Of a stretch of DNA of 24,014 nucleotides, positions 1 to 9,024 are shown in pieces. The first letter of the stretch is position 1. Every line of letters starts with the position of its first letter. Origin of the DNA: Candidatus Heimdallarchaeota archaeon (GTDB taxonomy: Archaea > Asgardarchaeota > Heimdallarchaeia > Hodarchaeales > Hodarchaeaceae); contig DXJL01000063.1 in the NCBI GenBank assembly GCA_019057635.1, positions 1-24,014 of the forward strand, in the 5' to 3' direction. Position numbers and translations under genes: made by a program. The notes below the pieces were generated by a model, which worked only from the letters and a program-made list of their open reading frames with translations, searched no databases and was not told where the DNA came from.

Positions 1-165
1 ATATTGATACCAGAGATCATTCTCGGTCTATCTGCTTATTGGATGTATTCACAGTTGCTTGAACAGAACTTATTTACAAAAATTATCTGCATATTTCAAG
101 TAATGATTCTCTATATAGGCAATGCAGTTTTTTTCTACGTTCTTGTTGAAAATATTCTTCTCTAA
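1..165 (+). CDS. 3' end of a membrane protein (partial, runs off the window)
   Basis: Frame +1 is open from base 1 to TAA at 163-165: ILIPEIILGLSAYWMYSQLLEQNLFTKIICIFQVMILYIGNAVFFYVLVENILL*. It has two hydrophobic stretches. Not in the supplied ORF track because it has no start in the window. Confidence 0.7.
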   Translation: MLIPEIILGLSAYWMYSQLLEQNLFTKIICIFQVMILYIGNAVFFYVLVENILL

Positions 166-308
166 CAGTAAAGATTTGGTATTAGGAATTAAATCGCATC
201 ACAAAACGGACGTATCGATCATTTATCGCATGAACTTTATGTAAACGAAGATAGATTAAGTATTTTATAAAGATCATAAAATTCTACTTACAGAAGAAGG
301 AATTCATT

Positions 309-1139
309 ATGAGAATGAACGGTGAAACGGCAATTATAACTGGCTCTACAAGTGGTATTGGAAAGAAGATCGCTGATATTTTCCTGAAAGAAGGATGTAA
401 AGTTACGATTTGCTCCAGAGATGAGGAACGAGTTAATGAAACAGTCTCAGAATTTAAGAAAACATATGGTGACTCAGTTCTTGGATTACTATGTGACATT
501 ACAAACTTAGATGACATTAAAAAAGTTGTTGAGACCACAGTAGATACTTTTGGTTCGATTCGAATTCTAGTAGCAAATGCAGGATTAAATACCACCTATG
601 GTCCACTAGAATATTTAACCCCAGAGCAAGTAGCTTCTGATGCCCAATTTGTTATTGGTGTTAATTTAATTGGGACAATCAATGCAATTACGACAACTTT
701 ACCCTATATGATTAAACAAGGATATGGTAGAATTATTACTCTTGCTGGAGCAGGTGTTGGACGTCCAACTCCCAATATGACCCTCTATTCCGCATCAAAA
801 GGAGGAGTAGATACGTTTTCTAAGTGTCTCGCAGAAGAGCTCAAAGAGAGAGATGATGATGTTAAGCTCAATATATTCATGCCTGGTATGATTGATACGA
901 ATCTTGGTAAGAAAACACAGGTAATTGACGAATGGAAGGATGAAGAGTCATTCCGTAGGGAAACAGCAATAGTTTTAGAACATATTGGTACAAATATTGA
1001 GGAAAGTTGTAAAAAAATCGTTCCTTATGTCTTGGAATCGTGTAAAGAGAATGGAAAACAGTTTAGAGGTTTTTCTTTGTTAAAGATGATACGTGGGGGA
1101 AGAAAGCTGCAAAAAGCGCTAAAAAAGGCCCAGAATTGA
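309..1139 (+). CDS. Short-chain dehydrogenase/reductase (classical SDR)
   Basis: TGSTSGIG (TGxxxGIG), CD, NAG, YSASK (YxxxK) and PGMIDT motifs. Confidence 0.95.
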   Translation: MRMNGETAIITGSTSGIGKKIADIFLKEGCKVTICSRDEERVNETVSEFKKTYGDSVLGLLCDITNLDDIKKVVETTVDTFGSIRILVANAGLNTTYGPLEYLTPEQVASDAQFVIGVNLIGTINAITTTLPYMIKQGYGRIITLAGAGVGRPTPNMTLYSASKGGVDTFSKCLAEELKERDDDVKLNIFMPGMIDTNLGKKTQVIDEWKDEESFRRETAIVLEHIGTNIEESCKKIVPYVLESCKENGKQFRGFSLLKMIRGGRKLQKALKKAQN

Positions 1140-1432
1140 GAATTCTTACTTGAAGTTCATTATCCTCTTTTTGTTTATGTTATGGGTATAACATTATTGT
1201 ATTTGATAGAACTGACAGTAGAAGGCCATTGTGGTATATTTCTTAATAGTAATGGGTTTTAGAATAAGTAATTTTATAAAGTAAAATTAGATAATATAAA
1301 TTAGAGTGAAGAATAGAGATTAGAAAGCAGTGGGGACTCAGTTGGAGAACATTTGCTCTTTTAATAATTATCCTTACTTATTTACACACTATATTAAAGT
1401 AAATTAAAGTAAATAATAACAGTTGAATTTTT

Positions 1433-2704
1433 ATGTCAAATACTACTAAATTTAGACAACTGGGTGTCATCGAGCCCATTTTACGAGTCTGTGAAGAATA
1501 TGAATTTACAAATCCCACAGAAATTCAAAACAAATCGATACCTCATGTAATCGCTGGCAGTGATGTCATCGGAGAAGCAGCTACGGGAAGTGGAAAAACT
1601 CTCGCCTTTGCTTCAGGAATAATCGCACGTACAGAAAAAGGCCAAGGAGTACAATCTTTAGTTATTACTCCTACACGTGAATTAGCTCAACAAGTTTCAG
1701 ATATGATTACTCAATTATCAAAATATAAACCCCTTCGAATTACCAGTGTATATGGTGGGGTCTCAATTAACCCCCAAATTCGAGATTTAAGGAAAACTGA
1801 TATTGTTGTCGGAACTCCAGGACGACTGTTGGATCATATACAGCGTGGTTCTTTAAAGCTTAATAGAGTAAAAATCCTAGTTTTAGACGAAGCGGACAGG
1901 CTCTTAGACATGGGATTTCTCCCTGATGTAGAGACTATTATTAACAAGCTCCCTGACTATCGACAAACCCTCTTATTCTCTGCAACAATTGCATCGGAGG
2001 TAAGTCGACTCGCTCAACAATATATGCACAAACCTATTGATGTGGAAGCAGAATCCCAAGTTGATCCACGAAAGTTAGCACAGTTTTATTATGGGCCAGT
2101 TCAAGATTCCTTGAAATATTCTTTACTTGTCCATCTTATAAATCAAGATAAAAATAAGGATGGGTTATCCATGATCTTTTGCAATACCCGAAGATATGCA
2201 GATATTTTAGAACGGAATTTAGTTCATGCAGGTATCAATGCAATAGCTCTACATGGAGGATTCTCACAACACGAGCGATCTAGACGTTTGAAAAGTTTCC
2301 ATAACCAGCAGAGCAAAATACTCGTAGCTACAGATGTTGCTGCAAGAGGCCTAGATATTCAAGGTGTTACAACCATATTTAATTACGACCTTCCAGAGAA
2401 TCACAAACAATACATTCATCGTATTGGACGGACAGCTCGTGCAGGAAAGGCAGGAAAAGCGGTTACTCTAGTTTCTCAAAGAGATAATGAGAAATTTTAC
2501 TTCATGTTTAGAGATCGTAGATTGAAAATACAAAAGAATGAGACTCCATATGTACAAAGAGTACAAACTCCTAAACATAGTTCTATTCGTTCGAATGGTG
2601 ACAGAAGACAGAATGGCAATGGTCGTTCGCATAGAAATAGACAATCGAACAGAACTCAAAGAAGATCACCTCCTAAGTCTCAAGCCTCTCGTTATTCTCT
2701 CTAA
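1433..2704 (+). CDS. DEAD-box ATP-dependent RNA helicase (CshA/DeaD/RhlE-like) with basic C-terminal tail
   Basis: Q motif FTNPTEIQ, ATGSGKT, PTRELA, GG, TPGRL, DEAD, SAT, IFCNT, ATDVAARGLD, HRIGRTARAG; R/N/S-rich tail. Confidence 0.97.
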   Translation: MSNTTKFRQLGVIEPILRVCEEYEFTNPTEIQNKSIPHVIAGSDVIGEAATGSGKTLAFASGIIARTEKGQGVQSLVITPTRELAQQVSDMITQLSKYKPLRITSVYGGVSINPQIRDLRKTDIVVGTPGRLLDHIQRGSLKLNRVKILVLDEADRLLDMGFLPDVETIINKLPDYRQTLLFSATIASEVSRLAQQYMHKPIDVEAESQVDPRKLAQFYYGPVQDSLKYSLLVHLINQDKNKDGLSMIFCNTRRYADILERNLVHAGINAIALHGGFSQHERSRRLKSFHNQQSKILVATDVAARGLDIQGVTTIFNYDLPENHKQYIHRIGRTARAGKAGKAVTLVSQRDNEKFYFMFRDRRLKIQKNETPYVQRVQTPKHSSIRSNGDRRQNGNGRSHRNRQSNRTQRRSPPKSQASRYSL

Positions 2705-2730
2705 AAGTGAATAAAAACAAGTTTAGATCA

Positions 2731-2754
2731 GATTAGAAGTTTTTTCTTCTAATC
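2731..2754. terminator. Perfect 9-bp inverted repeat between convergent genes; probable terminator or 3' stem-loop
   Basis: GATTAGAAG-TTTTTT-CTTCTAATC, 26 nt after the helicase stop and followed by T-rich sequence. Confidence 0.55.
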
Positions 2755-2866
2755 ATTGCTCATTTTTCATCTTTAAAAATATGGGCTAGAATCTTTGTCT
2801 TAAGATCTAAGTGAAAGAAACTTTCCTTTAAAGTCAACAACAGCTATCTTAATTCTAGTCATTTAA

Positions 2867-4780
2867 TCAAGAACTAGCAAATCCTTCTTCCTCTCTCTTT
2901 TTCTCTCTTCTTCTCTGACGAATTCCAGAAGTTAATAAATAAAAAAATGCAATTCCCAAGAAAAGAAGGCCAATTGGTAGGAAAAGGAATTCTTCTATTT
3001 CAAATGTAGTTTGTATGAGTAATGATAACGTAGAGTTCGTTCCAGCAACTGGGGGCCCTCCCTGTGAAGAAGCAGCGCCTACACCTGAAACTAATAGCAT
3101 CCAGAAGGTTTCTGAAATGAGCACACCAAGAACACCAATTCCAGCATATAGTTTCCTGTTTCGTAGATATTCACGAATAACAAAGAAAAATAAAAACATG
3201 AATATGAACCACATTCCAGCAGTCATAATACCATGAATCCAGTCACTAGGAGTGGACATAAATGTATCAGGTAAGAAATACCATTTTCCGTTTGTATGCT
3301 TGAATAAATAGAAAACCTCGCTAAAAACTCTTTGGACTGGAAGAAAATAAATAATACTCGAAAATTCCGTTAAACCTCGAATATAAGAGAGAAAAGGACT
3401 TTGAAAAAACGTCACTTCGATATTGGTATCAGCCACCCACAAAATTATCACTTCAAATGTGCCTGTAGCTTTCATAGAAACATAAATCAGAGGCAAAATT
3501 GCACCAAAAATGAGCAGTATAACCCCTATATGACGAAACGGTGTTTTTACGAGTTTTAATAATTTATTTCTAGGGTTCAACCGTAACTCCCTATAGTAGC
3601 CCAAAAATATTAGTTTTGAAGAAATATTTTTTGCTGTTCTTTCCTCTAATGGGATTTCTTTCATTAAAGAGCCTTTAAGAGAAATTAAAATGATTCCAAC
3701 TAGAATAGCAAGCTTTAACACAGTTCTTACCAACTCTCCACTATAATCAGTGTAAAGAACCGTGTGATCTACGAAAAGAAGTAATCCATAGGGAATTAAG
3801 GGTATTAAAACTACAGAACATGCGAATAATGATCGTAAATTACTTTCTGTCGAAAAAGTGTAGTCAAGGAAGTCATTCATCCATTTCGGTAGCGGTTTAT
3901 CACTCTCTCGGGACGCAGCAATGCCATCAAAAATTATAATGAAGAATAGTAATAATCCAATCAGCGAGAGAAAAGAAATAAGCATTGTTATCAATCCCTC
4001 ATATTGGGAAAAATCTGGATGATATACTACCAGATAATAGCTGAAGAAATACAGATTGAATAATGAGCTTACCAGTATAGAAAAACGAATTCGCTTCGTC
4101 CGTAAGAAGACCAGCGCAAGTATGATTCCACAAAAAACCTTTAGAAGAAAATTCCAACCAACTTGAATCTCCCCATATTCAACAAGTATAACCAAAGTTG
4201 GAGGAAGAGCATAAATAAGGGAGGAAAATATTACTATCCATCCCGTCCCTAATGCATTTCTCCTTAAACCGCTAATAACTATTTTTCGAAACAGGTATTC
4301 CTCGAAAACTGGGGTTAATATCAATAACAGGATAGCAAGAATTAATAAGATCCCAAAGTTATCAGTCATTGTACCTGTATCTGTTAATCTGGGCCAGAAA
4401 GTTATTCGTCTTGATAAAGTGAAGAGCGGTGAAAAACTTTCAAGAATTGATATCAGGAAACTTAATAACCCAATTAAGACTATCAAAGAAGCAATAATAA
4501 AGAGGAAAAGTTGCCTGCTATCTTCTTTTACTATCTTTTCATCCCCTAGCTTATTTCTAGCAAACTTAACGATTATTATAAGTCCTATTCCTCGTGCAAT
4601 GAGTAAAATCAGGTATTCTAAGATTTCTTGCAAATTTAGCAGGATAGCGTCATTATAATTGTTAATCCCTGAAACAACAAAATCCAAGATCCAAATAGTA
4701 ATATTCTCAACACTAAGGACAAAAATGACTAGTATTATCGGTAAAAACACTGTTTCGTGAATTATTTTAGAAATATTCAT
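2867..4780 (-). CDS. Polytopic membrane protein with a degenerate CPBP (Abi/CAAX protease) domain and long C-terminal extension
   Basis: TPVFEEYLFR (motif 1), SSLIYALP (motif 2 position), GIILALVFLRT, SILVSSLFN (motif 4 position); many TM segments. ATG at 4780 is preferred over the TTG at 4822. Confidence 0.8.
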   Translation of the reverse strand: MNISKIIHETVFLPIILVIFVLSVENITIWILDFVVSGINNYNDAILLNLQEILEYLILLIARGIGLIIIVKFARNKLGDEKIVKEDSRQLFLFIIASLIVLIGLLSFLISILESFSPLFTLSRRITFWPRLTDTGTMTDNFGILLILAILLLILTPVFEEYLFRKIVISGLRRNALGTGWIVIFSSLIYALPPTLVILVEYGEIQVGWNFLLKVFCGIILALVFLRTKRIRFSILVSSLFNLYFFSYYLVVYHPDFSQYEGLITMLISFLSLIGLLLFFIIIFDGIAASRESDKPLPKWMNDFLDYTFSTESNLRSLFACSVVLIPLIPYGLLLFVDHTVLYTDYSGELVRTVLKLAILVGIILISLKGSLMKEIPLEERTAKNISSKLIFLGYYRELRLNPRNKLLKLVKTPFRHIGVILLIFGAILPLIYVSMKATGTFEVIILWVADTNIEVTFFQSPFLSYIRGLTEFSSIIYFLPVQRVFSEVFYLFKHTNGKWYFLPDTFMSTPSDWIHGIMTAGMWFIFMFLFFFVIREYLRNRKLYAGIGVLGVLISETFWMLLVSGVGAASSQGGPPVAGTNSTLSLLIQTTFEIEEFLFLPIGLLFLGIAFFYLLTSGIRQRRREKKREEEGFASS

Positions 4781-4913
4781 GGAACATGACCAGAAAAACG
4801 ATGAGAGCGATAATTTTTCCAACTCTGCAGAATAATAAAAATAGTATTATTCGGCTAAATTAAGCTGCCTAGAACAATCAGCTTCGACAATAAAATAAAC
4901 AAAATTTGGGGAT

Positions 4914-4930
4914 AAAAAAAGAAAGGGAGG
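4914..4930 (-). terminator. Pyrimidine/oligo-T tract terminator after the surface-protein gene
   Basis: Minus strand reads CCTCCCTTTCTTTTTTT shortly after the TAG stop, as in archaeal oligo-U terminators. Confidence 0.5.
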
Positions 4931-4944
4931 AGGGAATTATTCCT

Positions 4945-6657
4945 CTATTTTCGTCTCTTCATGAAAACTGCGAAAGCAGCGATCACCATTAACATTGGAA
5001 CAGCTGTAAAACCAGGCGTAATTCCATCTCCACCAGCTGCGTCAGGATCAGTTCCTGCCTTTTCAGGATCAGGGATACTTGAGACTTTGTCTGATTGAAG
5101 TTCGACTGCAACTGATAGATCAAGAGTTCCGCTTTCAGGAGAATTGCCAGTCGGAAAATCGGTTAAGCTCAAAGATGCATCTAAGCTAAACCCAAGACCT
5201 GCCAGTTCTCCTTCATCTGTGTATGATAACCAGAAATTTTGATCAGCAGTTATACTAGCTGCAGTTGTTGCTAATAGTCCTTCAGGAACCCCATCAGCCA
5301 TATCGCTAGCGGTGAATGATAGATCAACTGAAGATTCAGTATAGAAGAATGTGTGTTCACCACTGAAGCGCATCTCATATAGAGAGTCAAATGTATTCAG
5401 AGAAATACCCATATCAGCTAATTCTACAGTTCCTGCAGCAGCTTCAACTCCAGCTTCAACTATCTCGATATATGAAGAGATAGACATAGTGGAGGCTTGC
5501 CACATATCCCAATCGGGTGTAATTCCAGGAGCACCAAGAGGAATCAATCCAATGCTAAAACCGAAGTAATCGGTACCACTTATTGACTCGGTTTCTCCTT
5601 GAACTGGAAAACCTGTGAAGCCATCCCACCATTGGCCTTGAGAATTTAGTGGAACCAATGTTTGGGTATCCATGTCATATCCTGAAATTAATGTGTTATA
5701 GTAACATCCTCGGACACTTGTAATATCAAATTTTAGAACTTCTTCGCCTTGCATATTTAAGAGTGTATCTTTTACTTGGAGGAAGCCCTCATCAATAGTG
5801 GGGTCGTCGAAGACACCACTTTTTGAGTATGTAAATTGTACATCTTCAAGAGTTAATGTTAAATCACCAACTTCTAGAACGAAGTCAGGAAGAGGATTGA
5901 ATTCTTTAGATTTATACTCACAGGTGACCGCTACTGATTGATCTGCAGTTACTGTATCATTATCGAAATCACCAGTTAAAGAACCAGCTATTTTCTTAAA
6001 CACACCCGCGTTATCGCCTTCTCTGAACCATGTAACAGCGATCGAACCTGATGTTATCGGGCCACCACTTCCTGATATTTCAACACTAAAATCGGATCCT
6101 GCCTCGTTTGTAACAGTCATGGTACCTCCAAATTCTGGATCAGAATTAAGTTCGTTGAATTTTGTTTCATATGAATCCCATTTATCTGGATCAAGGTAGA
6201 ATGGTACTCCACCCAGATCAGCTTCACTATCTTCAAGCATTGAAACCATATCTGTACCAGGAATGGAACCTATCCCAATTCCGATGCCTGCAGGTAAATC
6301 GAAGGTGGAACCAAAAATGTTTGTAAGTTCTGGTGGGGAATCTTCTGGAACAGGTATTTGGATTGTTCTACCTAAAACAACATAGAAATCGAGTAAATAA
6401 TCGCCAGAAGCGTATTTGTTCATTACTTTGATGCCTAAAGTGCTATTTGTAAGATCCAAGACGAATTGACTCATATCGAATGGTGCTTCTTCTCCTATGG
6501 GGACTAAATCCTCGAAAGGAACATCCCACTGGCTGATTTCGTATATAAACGTATCACCAGGATTTATATTAGCAGGAGTAGTGGCATTCACCGATACTGG
6601 AATAAAAAACAACAAGCTAAAGCTTATTGTTAGAAGAAAAGTTAATTTTTTTCTCAT
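4945..6657 (-). CDS. Secreted acidic cell-surface protein with PGF-CTERM-like sorting signal (S-layer candidate)
   Basis: Signal peptide MRKKLTFLLTISFSLLFFIPVSVNA; D/E/T/S/G-rich body; N-x-T sequons; C-terminus TPGF + hydrophobic helix + KRRK; AGGAG RBS upstream. Confidence 0.85.
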   Translation of the reverse strand: MRKKLTFLLTISFSLLFFIPVSVNATTPANINPGDTFIYEISQWDVPFEDLVPIGEEAPFDMSQFVLDLTNSTLGIKVMNKYASGDYLLDFYVVLGRTIQIPVPEDSPPELTNIFGSTFDLPAGIGIGIGSIPGTDMVSMLEDSEADLGGVPFYLDPDKWDSYETKFNELNSDPEFGGTMTVTNEAGSDFSVEISGSGGPITSGSIAVTWFREGDNAGVFKKIAGSLTGDFDNDTVTADQSVAVTCEYKSKEFNPLPDFVLEVGDLTLTLEDVQFTYSKSGVFDDPTIDEGFLQVKDTLLNMQGEEVLKFDITSVRGCYYNTLISGYDMDTQTLVPLNSQGQWWDGFTGFPVQGETESISGTDYFGFSIGLIPLGAPGITPDWDMWQASTMSISSYIEIVEAGVEAAAGTVELADMGISLNTFDSLYEMRFSGEHTFFYTESSVDLSFTASDMADGVPEGLLATTAASITADQNFWLSYTDEGELAGLGFSLDASLSLTDFPTGNSPESGTLDLSVAVELQSDKVSSIPDPEKAGTDPDAAGGDGITPGFTAVPMLMVIAAFAVFMKRRK

Positions 6658-7020
6658 TTAGTTTGTTCTCCTTTTAATTCATAATTTCCACTTTATTGGG
6701 AAATCACTTTGAATTATATGACATTGATGAAATCCTCGGATATAAGACTATCCAAATAGTAACTCTCTAGACGTTGTAAGAAAAGTAATTTCAACAAATA
6801 CGTCATAAACCTGAATTAAAACAAGACAAAGTTGACGATGCTTTTTTCCTGAGTGAGGGTACTATTAAAGCGAATAGAATAAATAATGTAATCCGATTTC
6901 CTTGGAAATAACTGAAGAAATAATCTCTCCTTCAGAGTACCATTCGTAAACTATATTTATTCGTTAGTTCGTTATGCACTCTCATAGTACTTTGGAACAT
7001 TCAATGAATACGGGATTTAG

Positions 7021-8562
7021 ATGTTAACTAATGCAGTAGGTAGAAAAATTCCAAAACAATTGTTTGGGAGAACATATCTTCCATATGCAGGAGCCTATTC
7101 CACTCCACCAAAAGGACGACGGGTTGGAAGACAATATCGAACCTCGATTATTACACCGAAAAAAAAAAGAATTTTTGATGATCTTGAGATTGTAATTCGG
7201 AAAGTAGGATTAAAAGATGGAATGTGCCTTGGATTTAACCACAATCTACGCTATGGGGATCTAGTAATCTGTCAAGTTATGGATACAATTGCTAGCATGG
7301 GAATTAAAAACCTAACACTTGCATCAACAGCATTATTCCCGAATCATGAGCCATTAATTGAACATGTACATTCAGGAATCATTAGTGAGATTTCTGGTAG
7401 CATGAATGGATCTATTGGTAAAGCAGTGTCTATTGGCGAGGTTAATATCCCAACTAGTCTACGTTCGCATGGTGGACGAGCACGTGCAGTAGAAAGTGAT
7501 GATTTACATCTTGATGTGGCTTTTGTAGCCTCCCCTGCTGTCGATCAAATGGGGAATATGAATGGATGTCAGGGTCCATCAGCGTTTGGAGCAAATGGAT
7601 TTGCTAACGAAACGGATTCAGTTTATGCGGATCATGTGGTACTAATCACCGATAATCTTACAGAAGAACCTGTGACCCCAGTGAGTATACGTGGATCAAA
7701 TGTTGACTATATTGTCACTGTAGATAAAATAGGGGATCCAAACAAGATTGTTGCTGGGAGTTTAGGAAGAAATGTTACAGGAAGACATACTGCAATGGCG
7801 GAAGAAGTAATAAATGTAGCTCAGGCAGCAGGATATATCAAAAACGGATTTTCATTCCAAGCTGGCGCTGGTGGAGTTTCTTTAGCAACTGTTCATTACT
7901 TAGAGGAGATAATGACCGAACAAAAGTTAACAGGGAGTTTTATACACGGCGGTACCACAGAAGCAGCAGTTGAACTTCTAGAAGAAGGTATCTTTCAAAA
8001 GATTTATGACGGACAATCCTTTGACCTCGCAGCGGTAAAATCTCTGAAAGAAAACCCTCTCCATATTGAAAGCTCGGCTTATCATTCATATAATATATAC
8101 GCGCCGGGTGGACCATTAGCGAATTATGTGGATGTGGTCGCATTGGGAGCTACTGAAATAGATCTTGATTTTAATGTAAATGTGAACACACATAGTGATG
8201 GTTTGTTACTTCACGGAATTGGAGGACATACTGATGCCGCTGCAGCTCGTTTGACTATTATTACATGTCCCATTGCCAGAAAAGTTCCCATTGTACGTGA
8301 TAAAGTTACCACGATTTCAACCCCTGGAGAAATGATAGATGTTGTGATAACCAATGCAGGTATTGCAGTCAATCCTAAGAATACTGAGCTAATTAAGCAC
8401 CTAAGAAACTCGGATGTAGACATTCTCGATATGACAACTCTTCGCGATATGGCTTACAGCGAGGCAGCATTAATTGAGCCTGAGTTCACAGATGAAATCT
8501 GTACAGCCATTGAATATCGCGATGGAACATTGATGGACGTTGTTTATCGAGTTAACATGTGA
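7021..8562 (+). CDS. citF: Citrate lyase alpha subunit / citrate CoA-transferase family protein
   Basis: NAVGRKIP, GLKDGM..F.H.LR.GD, RSHGGRARA, SFQAGAGG.SLA, ATEIDLDFNVNV, GGH.D, EYRDGT; 513 aa matches CitF size. Confidence 0.9.
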   Translation: MLTNAVGRKIPKQLFGRTYLPYAGAYSTPPKGRRVGRQYRTSIITPKKKRIFDDLEIVIRKVGLKDGMCLGFNHNLRYGDLVICQVMDTIASMGIKNLTLASTALFPNHEPLIEHVHSGIISEISGSMNGSIGKAVSIGEVNIPTSLRSHGGRARAVESDDLHLDVAFVASPAVDQMGNMNGCQGPSAFGANGFANETDSVYADHVVLITDNLTEEPVTPVSIRGSNVDYIVTVDKIGDPNKIVAGSLGRNVTGRHTAMAEEVINVAQAAGYIKNGFSFQAGAGGVSLATVHYLEEIMTEQKLTGSFIHGGTTEAAVELLEEGIFQKIYDGQSFDLAAVKSLKENPLHIESSAYHSYNIYAPGGPLANYVDVVALGATEIDLDFNVNVNTHSDGLLLHGIGGHTDAAAARLTIITCPIARKVPIVRDKVTTISTPGEMIDVVITNAGIAVNPKNTELIKHLRNSDVDILDMTTLRDMAYSEAALIEPEFTDEICTAIEYRDGTLMDVVYRVNM

Positions 8563-8616
8563 TACAAATAAATCTTAAACTTGAGAATCTAACACAACTT
8601 TCAGAGTAGAAACAAA

Positions 8617-9006
8617 ATGAGCTGGGAAGAAATTGACAAATTACTCGTCAAGACGTTTGATTCACAGATTAAAAAATTAAAGAATCGACAGTCACACGTT
8701 GAAGACTCAAAACAACATAATGAATCTCCCTCCTCGGATTTTAAGGAATGGTTATCAGATTATATTCAAGATTGTTCTGATTATGAAGAATTTGAAAAAT
8801 CTTGCCTAATCTGCAAGTTTTGTGGGGAAAAAATCGATAATGCTAATTTTATGGTAATGTGCCATCCTGATTATCCAGAGGATTACACAAAACAACTCTA
8901 TTTTCATTCTACTGACCAATGCAATCCACGAGTAAGATATTTGGAAATAACACGGAAAATGTGGTTAATAAGGTATCAACTGGAAGGAAAACTGAAAAAC
9001 ACTTAG
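8617..9006 (+). CDS. Hypothetical protein with putative zinc finger (CxxC...H-x4-C)
   Basis: 129-aa ORF filling the citF-acnA gap; CLICKFCGEKI...CH...YFHSTDQC; AATCTTAAAC TATA-like element at 8571-8580. Confidence 0.75.
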   Translation: MSWEEIDKLLVKTFDSQIKKLKNRQSHVEDSKQHNESPSSDFKEWLSDYIQDCSDYEEFEKSCLICKFCGEKIDNANFMVMCHPDYPEDYTKQLYFHSTDQCNPRVRYLEITRKMWLIRYQLEGKLKNT

Positions 9007-9024
9007 ATATTCACAAAATTCTTG

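Noticed and set aside
193-231. ATCGCAT direct repeat upstream of the SDR
   Set aside because: Only two 7-mers with no further support; plausible by chance.
1331-1350. GACTCAGTTGGAGAAC resembles a tRNA D-arm
   Set aside because: No acceptor stem, anticodon arm or TTCGA T-loop follows.
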